DNA of 64,000 bases from Elsinoe ampelina (taxonomy: Eukaryota): the NCBI GenBank assembly GCA_010093995.1, contig ML992515.1, forward strand, positions 301,533 through 365,532. Reading direction: 5' to 3'. Made by a program: the position numbers and the translations under genes. Shown one piece after another: positions 11,408 to 23,365 of the stretch (the stretch's first letter is position 1; each line of letters opens with the position of its first letter). The notes beneath the pieces are model-generated. The model saw only the letters and a list, made by a program, of their open reading frames with translations, had not been told where the DNA came from and made no database searches.

Positions 11408-12401
11408 GTCGTTTCTGATGTGTAGGTAGATTGTGATGGGATATATTGTATTTGCTGTCACTTGTTCTTAATATCCGTCGAGTGATCCTTGTCCATGTTG
11501 CTGTGTCATGTCACGGTGTCGGAATAAAGCCACTTTGGGGTTCACACCATGGAGAAGATGGTCTTTGTCAAAGATGATTCAACGCTACCCTACTACTCCA
11601 CACTGATCCTGCCCATGCATCTAAAAATCTGCCATCATGCTAGTCATACTTCGATTCCATACTAACTCTTCACGTCACCTGCCTTGACAGTAACGACTTG
11701 CCTCGCATTGTGATACAAAACACAATCTATCCTCGCCAAAAAGCGTCTTGGGACGGAAAAGTAGGGTACCCGCCATGCATACCTGGTTGCGATGCGGTAA
11801 ATCCAGGCTGCGTGTCAACAAGTCCATCCTAAGGGTTGAGCTGTTGAATCGGGAGGAATGGGTGGAGGGGCCCAGCTAAGGAAGGCTGTGGTGCTGTCCA
11901 GACGGGAGGTGGAAGCACCTGGGGATTGATCGAGCCTGGTTGCTGGGTCGCCGGATGTGCTGCCTGCTGGCTTTGAAACGGGACCTGGGTGTGGCCCATC
12001 GGTGGTAAGAAGTGAAGCGGAGAAGGGACGATGGGGATCATGTGTGATCTCAGAGCGTGCTGAAATGGATGATGAGGGTTATGATACAATTGTGCAGCTG
12101 GTGGAATAGGATCTGAAGGTCGCAAAGGCTGAGGAGCCATGGCGAGAGCTCTGTGAAAGAAGTTCTGAGGCCCGGCCAGGCTATTGATCTGTTGCGGCGT
12201 CATGGAAGACGTGACAGGGCGTGGCGTCAATGGTAGCCTGCTCGGTGGAGGCGTGCCCCAAATAGATGGAGCCGAGCTCAGCGACGTAGCCGAGTGTAGC
12301 TCTCTTCTCTGTTGTTGTATGCTGTAATGCTGTTGTACAAATGGTGGCGGCGGTGGCATCGGTGGTCGGTAACATGGAGCGTTGTGCGCAGGAGTAGGCT
12401 T

Positions 12402-15400
12402 CTAGTCGTCCTCGCTTTGCACCATGCTATCGTCGCCATTCCTTGCCGCAGGGGTATTTTTCTTGCCTCCCAGCTTCAGTGTCATCCTTGGCTGTGGCGT
12501 GCCTGCCATTGACATGGGTCTTGAAGCACTGTCGCCGATGCTGGAGGCACCCTCATCCGCGTCGACATAATTGGGATGCTTCTCAATCTCCTCCTTGATC
12601 TTGCGAAGCGCTGTTTGCTGAGGATTATTAGTAACACTTACAGATTGTTAGGGTCGAATGACATACCTCGATCAAGTTTGCATCCCGATACAGCACACTG
12701 CCATCCTCGTTATACTGCCTGCAGTTGTTACACAAGGTAACAATATCGGACTTGAACTGGCTCAGACTCTGGTACTGCTTCTTGTTGATCTTCTTGCCGA
12801 TACCATCCATGCATATTGGATTCTTGATGAGCTGGTAATAATCGGGGTAAGCCTGTCGAGGAGGCAGCTCGATGAATGGATCAATGATGCCGCGAGGACC
12901 AAGACTTGGGTCGGCAGATGGCTCTTCAAGCTCGTTGAGAGAGTCATGTACAGCGTCAAGGATCTCCTGAAGTATGGCACGCTGTTCCGGTGACAAAGTC
13001 TCGGCAGCTTTGCTCTGCCTCCCACGCTTCTTCGGCGGAGCGACCTCAACATCCATCTCTTCGGCTTTGCGCTTCTCCGCCTTGGGCTTTCGGCCACGCT
13101 TCTTGGGCATTTGCGGTTCTTCCGAGCTTTCCCTAGAAGCTGGAGGAGGAGTGTTCTTGTCCTTGTTGCCATTGCGTCTGGCGATCCTCGCCTCCTTACG
13201 GGCGATGGCATCTTCAATGGTGTCGTCGTCAGCATCAACAGCCTCAAGCCATTGTTCTTCTGTAAGACCATCGTCGTATTTGACACGAGTCCTCTCACGG
13301 GCGCCTCGTCCGATTGGCACCTCAATTTCCTCAACCACCGGCTCGTCTTCATGCAGGTAGATGTCAGGCAGCTCGTCCTCGCCAAGAAGACGGCCCTTCT
13401 GGTTTTTACCGCCATATTGCTGATTCTTGATTCGGTCCTTGTCCATTTGTTGGAATATCTCGAGCTCTTTGTCGGATCGCATCATCAACAGGTTGAGATC
13501 ATCGTCATCCATCTCATCCTGCTCGAGTGCTTCAGCAGCTTCGGCGGACTCCAACATGACACGCAGCATCTCATCTCGCTCCTCGTTGGTAGACTTGTTG
13601 TCGAATTTTCCAGCTTGAATGACCTTGCCGTCCATGTCGAGCTTAAAGTTCGCACGTTCCAAAATCTTCTCTTCGACAGAGTTGGAACTGATCAGACGCA
13701 GAATGCGAACTTCATTCTTCTGACCGATACGATGAGCACGATCTTGGGCTTGCAAATCTTGATGAGGATTCCAATCCGAGTCGTAGATGATGACTGTGTC
13801 GGCAGTCTGCAGATTTAGACCAAGACCGCCGGCACGAGTTGAGAGCAAGAAACAGAAGTATTCGGATCCAGGAGCGTTGAATATCTTGAGAAGCTCTGAA
13901 CGATCATCGGCTTTGGTGCTACCGTCCAGACGCAAGTACTTGACGCCACGAAGACGTAGGAAATCTTCCATGATGTTCATAATCTGTGTCATTTGGAAGA
14001 ACATCAAGACTCTGTGACCAGTGGCCTGAAACTTGGGAAGGACACGATCAAGCAGCTCGAACTTGCCAGCAGTCCTCCAGAGCAAGTCGTTGGTACCTCG
14101 GCCCGGGTTGATCTGATCCTCGACCTCTTCAAAGACGAAGGGATGGTTACAGAGCTTCCTCAGTTGCATCAGCATGTTGCTGAGACCACGCATGCTTGTC
14201 TTGCCACCCTTTCCGTCACTAACGGTAAGCCTATTATTGGTGACGAGCTGCTTGTAGAGTTTGGCCTGGAGTGCGGAAAAGTTGCACTTGATGACACGTT
14301 CTTGTTTATCGGGCAGATCCTTTTCGACATCTTTCTTGAGACGACGCAGCAAGAACGGACGAAGCACCTTGTGAAGACGACGAATGACGAGAAGCTGTTC
14401 TTCTTCTGTCAACTCCATCTTGTCTTGACCACCAGTGTTGGCGAAAGGTGTATTGAACCATTCATCGAAAGATTTGACAGATTTGAAGATGGTAGGAAGG
14501 ACGAAATTTAGAAGCGCCCAGAGCTCAGGTAAGCTGTTTTGCAGAGGTGTACCAGTCAAGATCAGGCGGTACCTAGTGTTGTAGTACTGTGTGATGGTGC
14601 TACTAAGCTTCGAGTTGGCATTCTTCATCCTGTGACCTTCGTCGACAATCATGTGTAGCCACTTGACCTTGGCTAAAATGGGACGATCCTTGATGATGAA
14701 TTCGTATGTGGTAAGAAGGACTTGGAAGTCACCGTAGCGGATCTGGTTTTGAGCAGTCTTGCGCTGGTTTGGAGGGCCCTTGTAGACAATCTTCTTGACC
14801 GAAGGTGCCCATTTGTCAAACTCGTTGTTCCAATTCGTAAGAGTACTCAACGGGACAATGACCAGGTATGGACCAGGTTGGCGCTTCTTCTCGATAAGAT
14901 AGGTGACTAACGAAATGGTCTGAATGGTCTTGCCGAGACCCATCTCGTCTGCAAGGATACCGTTGAGGTTGTTGTTGTAGAGCGAAATCATCCACTGGAG
15001 ACCCTTGATTTGGTACTCCTTGAGCTGTCCGCCAACCAGATTGGTTGATTGAGCCTTGACTTCTTCTTTGACGCGATGAGCCACTTCGTAGTAGTCGATC
15101 TTCTTGACGCCGTCTTCATCCTCGCTGCCCTCTTCGATCTCGCTCTCTGATTCGTCTTCGCCGCCATAACGACGAATGGTACCGCGTTGTTGTTCCTTGA
15201 CCGATGCCGCGAGCTGCTTCAAGAAACCATCGGTCTGCTTGAGAAGATGTGAGATACGACTGTCCTTGGCTTGTCCGAGAAGTTTGAGGTAGGTCTCTTC
15301 GTCGTTGGCCTTGAGAGCTTGCAGACGTTGCTTTGCAGTCCTTTCGATACGTTTCTGTTCGTCCTTTTCGATCTGGCTGTGCGTGGCTTGCATGGCACGT

Positions 15401-16652
15401 CCAAGTCGTTGAATGCGGGCCTTGCGTTCCTGAGCAGCGTTTTTGAGTGCGTCGGCGTGCTGCATGGCAGATCTCAGTAGGTCGTTCTCTTGCTTCCTCT
15501 TCTTGCTCTCGTGTTCATGTCTTTGTTCGCGTTCATATTTCTCAGTCATGCGAGCTTCGCGGGCATTCTGCTTCTTGAGTCGGCGGTACAGGTTGCGATT
15601 GGCGGTGGTGGCGAGGGTATCAGCTTGGATCATCTCGCGTCCGACAGCCTCACGAAGTGCACGCTGTTTGCCGAGAAGCTTGATCATCTTGTACTCGATC
15701 AAGGATCGAAGCTTGACTTTACCATCGTCGCCAATAGTGTCTGAGCGTGTATCCCAGGATCCAATGTTCGCCGGAAGCTCTTCAAGCTCTTTCTCTCTCG
15801 TCTTGAGACGGTTGTACAAGATCGCCTCCCTGTTGTGGTCCCGTCTGTCTCGTGCCTGATATGGATCGATGCCAAGAGCCATGATCGAGGGAATATAAGG
15901 TCGTTGACTTCGGAAGCGGTGCTTTGCGTATGAGAGCTTGTCAGGGTACAGACTGTATGGGTCCTGAAGGAAGAGAAAGGATGACCCCTGTGTGGCATCG
16001 CTCGAGGCAGCTCCATTGGTACTTGACTGGTGCGCGTCTGCAGCCTTGACAGGCGACTCTTCGAGTGCTTTGTTGGCTGATTTGAGAGCCTCGGGTACCG
16101 ATGAAGCTTGCTTCTTCTGAAAGAGTTGTTCTTGAATGTCTTGCGGGACGGGCATGTTTCGTTGGAGCATATTAAACGCCTTGATCTGCGACCGTAGCAT
16201 CTGTGTCTGATCTTTCGACAGGACATTATCCCCAGTGACAGGTGAAGCATTGGCGGATGTGGGTGCTTTATTGTTGGGTGTGCCATTAGTGACCGCTTGG
16301 GGAGTTGGTGTGTTGTTCGTGACAGGACTGCCATTCGGTATGCCTGTTGAATGCGCGCCATTCTGTTGAGGTGTACCTTGCTGTGCGGCTTGTTGTTGTC
16401 GCATTGCTGCTTGTCTTTGCATCTCCTGCTTTTGCTTGAACATGGTCAAGATCTTGCGACATCTGAGAAGTTCAGGATCATTCTCAGGTGTGCCTGATGC
16501 TTTTAATCGATTGTAGGTCTGATATTGTCAGCCATCAAATTTGATTCAATAAGCATGTGGAAGCATACTGCAAATATCTGACCGAGGGCTTCTTTGGTCC
16601 AGACTTGCTGTGGCATGCCTGGTTGGCCAGGTGTTTGCTGGACCGAAGCCAT
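12402..16652 (-). CDS. STH1: SNF2-family chromatin-remodelling ATPase, RSC catalytic subunit Sth1/Snf21 type; exons 16652-16569, 16518-12667, 12617-12402
   Basis: QLQ-like (LRSQIKAFNMLQRNMPVP), HSA region, GILADEMGLGKT, DEGH, LTGTPLQN, LSTRAGGLGLNLQTAD, QAQDRAHRIGQ, SnAC, AT-hooks (KKRGR), bromodomain (YPDYYQLIKNPI..NCRQYN). Last exon ends QSEDD* at TAG 12404-12402. Confidence 0.93.
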
Positions 16653-17306
16653 GGTCAAGTGTAATGAATCGCGTTGTTGGGCGATGCTATTGTTGTGGCA
16701 TGTGACGGCGGGTGTACTAGTGGATACAACTTGCTGTTTCAATGCGACGCGCTTATTGACGATGGTCGTAAGCTCGTGGAAGCTCTTCTTCGCGCTTCGT
16801 AAGAATGTCGGACCGGGCGCGATTGGCGCAGGTTCGAGGGGTGTGCGCTCAGCGCGCCTCGTGCGCGGAGGTGTTGTGGGAAGCCGACAGGTGTCTGGGG
16901 GCGTTCCTGTATGACTTCGGCGGGGTCTGGTGGTTGACAGCGCGTGTCGACGGAGGTGTTGCGCGCTTGGCGTAAGTTGCGGGATGGGGTGGAATTGTGG
17001 TGAAGTGACTGAAGACTCAGCGTCCGGAGCCGCCCTCGAGCAGGCAAGCGCCAAGGAAAGATTACGAGATTCGCCGCTAGGCCAGGAAGGGGAAAGTCTG
17101 TACCACCTTCCATCATTTTCAAGGCACAGGATCGGAAATGTAAGATCATGGACAGCATGCTCTTGATACGAAGAGTATCATGCTATGGTAGTAGTACACA
17201 ACGTATAATCGTGCTAGATCCCAGCCTCGTCGCAATTCTCGTACTCGACAAATAATCGAGTAATGCTTTTCCCGAACAAACACGCTCTAGTCTCTATCAT
17301 AAATGC

Positions 17307-19444
17307 CTAGCCCTGTATCGAAAGGGAAGTTTGATGTGGTTGATCTGTACGTGAGGTCGCAGTATGCTCTGCTGAGATGATAGAGCTCACCGCCGTCGTC
17401 GACTCTTCCTTTGCATGGTACCCATTCATCAGTGGCTTCTGATCTGCAACGTCAGATCCGATACTGCTAGGCAAAGCAGAGTCGTGCAAGGACTCGGATG
17501 AATCCAAGACGGGGTGTGTCTGCTGACTTGTGGCTTGTTTGACATCTGTCGGTGTCCAGTCCATGGTGCCGGAATCCTGTTGATGCTTCTCCTCGGTCTG
17601 TTCTTGTTTGGCAATCGTCGAGTCTGATGTGACCTTGGACGATCTATTGTCTTGCAACTTGACAAGTTCTTTCTTTTTGTCGACCTGAAGTGATGGAACC
17701 CTCAGCTTCACTATCAGACTGGACGGCTCATCACCCAATGAATCGTCACTGTCGCCGCCGAGCTCGTCCGTCCCATCGTCACCAAAATCATCGCGACCAC
17801 CATCCTCCTCATTGTCGGCACTGTTCCAGCCAGCACTAGACGCTGCATCATCTTCATCGCTCATTTCATCGACCTCATTGTATGTGTCGATGTGTTTGCG
17901 CTTCTTTGGAATTCCGTTGGTACCATTGGCGGCACTCCGAGATGCTCGACGTGTAGGTCCTGACAGTTCGGATCCGTCAAGGTCATCATCCGCTAGTGAG
18001 TCGGCATTCATGACCTGATTGCTGAGTAGGGATTCGCCGTACATGCCACCCTCGCGAGCTCTGACCTGTCTACCACTTGCTGTGACTACAGGGCCTCGAG
18101 CTTCCGCTGGTGTAGATCGATCTGAATGACGACCTGACCTTCGTACAGAGAAGTCGGATTCCTCAAAGTCATCTTCATCATCGTAGGTGTACCGCTGACG
18201 TTTGCCTCTGGTACGACCTTCATAAAGAGAATAGCCCAGTTCGGGCCGTGCGAACTGTGCACGGCGCATCTGTCGATAATCTCGTCGCTTGCGTTTCTGA
18301 ACATGATCAGCAATATTCTTTTCATCAGCTTTCTCTAATGCTCTTACCTCCTCCGTCGCCTCGAATCGTGGTATAGCTGACATGATCTTGGACGACAATC
18401 GCCTCGCCGCTTGTGTGGTATCCTTTTGTTCCAGCCTATCGGCAATGGCTTTGATCTCATCGATGGTCCCTGCCATGCTCCACCATTTACTCTCTTCCGC
18501 TGCCTTTGGTGTCTCTCGATAGAGCCTGAAGCTTGTGTCGTCTTGTCCTTCTATAAGCCAGTATCTTCTCTTGTCGCCATCCACGCCCCAAGGTTGTACC
18601 GAGAGCGGTTGGTTCAGATCGTCCTCATGACGCGATTGCTTGTAGGCATCTTTGATGATCTGTGACACGGCTTCGGAGGTTGTGAGGGACCACAAGACGA
18701 GGGTGCGGAGGAGTGTGAGCTAACGTGAGTCAGAAAGGAGTAACGCAAGAGTCCGGTATTCGCGATCTTACTCTTTCAGAAGGAGACATGGTGTTAAAGT
18801 TGCGACTGCCGGAAAGAGGGTTCTGGCCGTTCCACGAGACTGGCCATTGAGCACGCTGCGACCCAATGGCCTCCTCGAGAGCTCGACCATGATGACCGCT
18901 TCTATGATTCGTCAGAGATGTCTTAAATGCGCTTGTTCGCCGCGCTCCTGGGTTAATATGAGGCTTACTCCACTGGCTTCTTGCGATTGAGGACCAATCC
19001 GAGTAATGCGCATAACAGATTCTCAACTTGAGGCGAAGCTGTCGGACCCTCGACACCTCTCTCCAGATCCTGTGGGCCATAGTGAGGAAGCTTGGGTGGG
19101 AAAGCGGCAGAGAATCGGGACCGGAACATGACCAGGAACTATGGAACCAGATGTGTTAGCTGAATGTTCTTCGCAAGAAGTGTAGACCCTGAATCAAGAC
19201 GGTGACGGATAAGTATTACAGCTATATCAGAGTTGTCCGCGATTGTATCATCGTGAACAGGAGAAGGTGATCGGGGAGGTCGCGGTGGTGATGCAGGAGG
19301 CTCAGGAGCTTTCTTCGCAGCTTTCTTCTTTGGGGCTGGTTTCGATCTCGCTTTGGTGAATATTGGTGCCAACTTCATGCGCTCGTCATCGCTGGGAGGC
19401 GCCGACGAAAGCGCCGAGGACAACGAGGAAGAATCGTCGTCCAT
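17307..19444 (-). CDS. WHIM-motif chromatin protein (DDT/WHIM, ISWI accessory-subunit-like); exons 19444-19220, 19138-18969, 18901-18772, 18719-18348, 18296-17307
   Basis: Spliced ORF: DNSDIAFLVMFRSRF, LLCALLGLVLNRKK, FNTMSPSERLTLLRTLVLWSL (WHIM1-like), QPWGVDGDKRRYWLIEG (WHIM2-like), SLYEGRTRGKR, acidic low-complexity tail. Confidence 0.75.
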
Positions 19445-20342
19445 GGCTGTGGTTGTGAAAGTGCAGTGTTGGCGGAGATGGAAGGGATGAAGTCTGGGGG
19501 TGACGCGAACTTTGGATGGCCGTGTCAAATTCAATCAACGCGCCGCGGCGGACATTCATCCACCCTTTGTCATCACCAGCAGCATCATCCATTTGACATT
19601 GATTGGCATTTGACTATACCATGGACAGCAAACAAGGTAGATCTGCACTGTATTGGTCATTCAATGGCAAACTTGGAGGTAACATAAGACGCAACTGCCA
19701 GGAGACATCTTTGCCACGGTATGATATACGAAAGCTATACAATCTTTTACAGAACGCCCATTTGAAAGCAAGTCGATATCTGATTCAATCATGATAAATT
19801 GTTCAATCAGGTAACTTGGACGTCAACAAAGCGACAACCAAGAAGCGGCTCATGGAGTATCGCCCCTATATTGACACGGCTGACGAGGGATCATGCCAAT
19901 GCCATCCTCTTAGTGCTGTTGGCGCTCAGTCGAGTCATGTCAATCCCGGCTCTTACATCCTGCACGACATGGTCACCGTCTGTCGTCTCTGTGCGGAGAT
20001 GGTCGCTGCCATGAGGTCTCGATCTGGGGTAGTCTTGGCCCACCTCTCACCTTCCGCCCCTCAAGCCTCCTTCTTGGACATTCCAAGCTCAGCTACACGA
20101 TCCTGGGTTAGCTGCACATGCACATCCGCTCCCCCTTAAGGCTTTTCGCCCATCTTCTTGGGCAATTCCAAGCCCACCCCGCCCTAGCTTGTGCAATAAA
20201 GAGCCATACAAGCACCCTTGTGATGTGCGTCTGCCTCGGTCCATCTGTAGGTCTGCTTTGTATATGAAGCTCATGTGCCGCTCCTTCTTTGCTCGTCCAG
20301 TCATCTGCTCTCTGCGCTTGCAAGACTGTTTCTGATCTCAAC

Positions 20343-22065
20343 ATGACTACTCTTCCAGCAGCCAAGAACCAAACAGCTGTGCCGCACCTAGTCAAGACAG
20401 ACTCTGGTTCAGACATCAAGGTCGAACATGCTGTCGACAGCTTTAGCCCTGCAGAGGACAAGGCCATGCGCCGACGCATCGACTGGAGGCTAGTACCTGC
20501 CCTTGGTCTGATGTACGGATGTTCTCTCATGGACCGTACCAATCTGCCCAACGCTGCTATTGCTGGTCTTACCAGAGATCTGGCTCTGAACGTCGGATAC
20601 AGATACAGCTTGATCAACTTGACATTCTTCATCTCTTATGTCGTCTTCCAGCCGCCAATGACGGTACTGTGCCGAAAAATTGGCCCGACCATGCTACTTC
20701 CAGGCATCTGTCTGCTCTGGGGCATCGTCGTCCTTGGATTTGGCTTCGTCAACAACTGGCAATCTATGGTAGGCTTGAGATTTGCCTTGGGTTTCTTCGA
20801 GGCTGGTTTCTTTCCAGGTGAGCGAACGTTGTCGAGTCCGTATTCGCACAAGACTGACCATGCGAAGGTTGTGTATACGTCTTGTCGGCATGGTATACTC
20901 GCTACGAGGTGGGCAGGCGGTATTCGGTATTCTACGGCATAGGTGGTCTTCTGTCCGCACTATCAGGACCACTGGCCTATGGACTCATGCAGATGGTAAG
21001 AAGTTTGGATATCTGAACCATACACAAAGCTAAACCCCCTCAGGAAGGTATTGAAGGACTTCGCGGATGGCGTTGGTACACTGATCAATGCTTTGCACCA
21101 GAGACTACCAGCTGACCGTAACAGGATCTTCATCATGGAAGGCGTCATAACCGTCGCCATCGCCCTCGGTGGCTACCTCTTCATGGTCCGTTTTCCTGAT
21201 CAGGAAATGAAGCGACCATCTGTTCGTTTCCTCAAAGCAGCGGAATGTCAACACGTGATCGACAAGATCAACAAAGATCGCGACGATGTGCAAGTTGAAA
21301 AGTTCAATATGCGCAAGTATCTTGCAAGTGGGAAGGATATCGAAGTCTGGGGCTTTGGCTTGATCTTCCTGTGAGTAATATCCCTCGTCACAAAAAGCTG
21401 TGACTGAATTCGTGTCCAGCTGCACAACCACCGTCGCTTACGCCTTTGCCTTCTTCCTACCCATCATCCTCCGCGAAAGTCTTGGTTTCTCCGTCCTAGC
21501 TTCGCAGTGTCTAGGGACACCTCCTTATGTTTTGGGCATGATCCTCATGTACCTATCCGCTTGGGTCGGCGACAAGTATCAGACTCGAGCTCCAATCATC
21601 ATTTTCAATGCCGTTCTGTCCCTAATCGGACTTCCTATCCTTGGCTTCGCTTCGAACGGATCGCTTCGCTACTTCGGCATCTTTATCGCTACCGCAGGCA
21701 CTCAGGCCAACGTTCCAAACACCATGAGCTACCAAGCGAACAACATCAGAGGACAATGGAAGCGAGCGTTTTGTAGTGCCAGTTTGACCGGGCTCGGTGG
21801 TATCGGCGGTATCGCTGGCAGTTTGATCTTCAGGTCGCAGGATAGCCCAACTTACGTCCCTGGCATGATCGGGTGCATTGTGTAAGCCGCCCAGGCTCTC
21901 TTTCGGTACGTTAAGGGATGTTGTGGCTGACTTGGAATTAGGGCTACCTGCATCGTTATCGCTACCTCTTGCCTGCTTACCCTTTACTTCAGATACATGA
22001 ACAAGAAGGCTGATCGTGGTGAGGTACTGATCAATGGATTGGAAGGTTTCCGCTACACGATCTAG
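20343..22065 (+). CDS. MFS transporter, anion:cation symporter / allantoate-permease family; exons 20343-20817, 20868-20995, 21044-21075, 21125-21370, 21420-21881, 21942-22065
   Basis: RRIDWRLVP, SLMDRTNLPNAAIAG, LRFALGFFEAGFFPG, GLRGWRWIFIMEG, YQANNIRGQWKRA, GGIAGSLIFRSQD, C-terminal GFRYTI*. Confidence 0.93.
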
Positions 22066-22490
22066 GGGACAGATGATCGAGTCAATTGGATGTGCGGTAT
22101 TCTTTGGCGGGGCTAGCTCTTCTACTATTATTCCTTAAAGGTGAATCAATCCAGCTTCAGATGTTGTGTTGTATTCCTTTCGCTAAACTTGGGGCGCGTT
22201 CGGTGGAGCTTGAAAACGGCCTCTTTTAGCGTGATTTAAGGCCGGTAGATTAAAAAAGAGGCTACGCGTTTAGTGGAGGCTCTTTTTTAGTACTAACTCT
22301 TTAAAAAAGAGATACTTCTTTGCGTAATTACCCTTATCTAGTATAGCTAGTCTCTTTCTTAAGTGTTTACTCTAACCTTTCTTTTTTAAGAGAGACTATA
22401 CTCTCTATACTCTCTATACTCTTATAAACTATTTTATCTATAGATAAATAACTCCTTTAAGCTATAATTAAAGGTGCTAGTGCTACTACT

Positions 22491-23365
22491 NNNNNNNNNN
22501 NNNNNNNNNNNNNNNNNNNNNNNNNNNNNNNNNNNNNNNNNNNNNNNNNNNNNNNNNNNNNNNNNNNNNNNNNNNNNNNNNNNNNNNNNNNNNNNNNNNN
22601 NNNNNNNNNNNNNNNNNNNNNNNNNNNNNNNNNNNNNNNNNNNNNNNNNNNNNNNNNNNNNNNNNNNNNNNNNNNNNNNNNNNNNNNNNNNNNNNNNNNN
22701 NNNNNNNNNNNNNNNNNNNNNNNNNNNNNNNNNNNNNNNNNNNNNNNNNNNNNNNNNNNNNNNNNNNNNNNNNNNNNNNNNNNNNNNNNNNNNNNNNNNN
22801 NNNNNNNNNNNNNNNNNNNNNNNNNNNNNNNNNNNNNNNNNNNNNNNNNNNNNNNNNNNNNNNNNNNNNNNNNNNNNNNNNNNNNNNNNNNNNNNNNNNN
22901 NNNNNNNNNNNNNNNNNNNNNNNNNNNNNNNNNNNNNNNNNNNNNNNNNNNNNNNNNNNNNNNNNNNNNNNNNNNNNNNNNNNNNNNNNNNNNNNNNNNN
23001 NNNNNNNNNNNNNNNNNNNNNNNNNNNNNNNNNNNNNNNNNNNNNNNNNNNNNNNNNNNNNNNNNNNNNNNNNNNNNNNNNNNNNNNNNNNNNNNNNNNN
23101 NNNNNNNNNNNNNNNNNNNNNNNNNNNNNNNNNNNNNNNNNNNNNNNNNNNNNNNNNNNNNNNNNNNNNNNNNNNNNNNNNNNNNNNNNNNNNNNNNNNN
23201 NNNNNNNNNNNNNNNNNNNNNNNNNNNNNNNNNNNNNNNNNNNNNNNNNNNNNNNNNNNNNNNNNNNNNNNNNNNNNNNNNNNNNNNNNNNNNNNNNNNN
23301 NNNNNNNNNNNNNNNNNNNNNNNNNNNNNNNNNNNNNNNNNNNNNNNNNNNNNNNNNNNNNNNNN
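22491..23365. other. Assembly gap (N run)
   Basis: Run of N. Confidence 1.

Noticed and set aside
10271..11461. 396-aa minus-strand ORF and other overlapping ORFs
   Set aside because: Antisense shadow of the acyl-CoA dehydrogenase, caused by extreme C3 codon bias.
19621..20139. Possible small spliced gene (MDSKQ..NLDVNKATTKKRLMEY..) between the WHIM gene and the MFS gene
   Set aside because: Weak splice signals and no recognisable motif; cannot be supported without RNA data.
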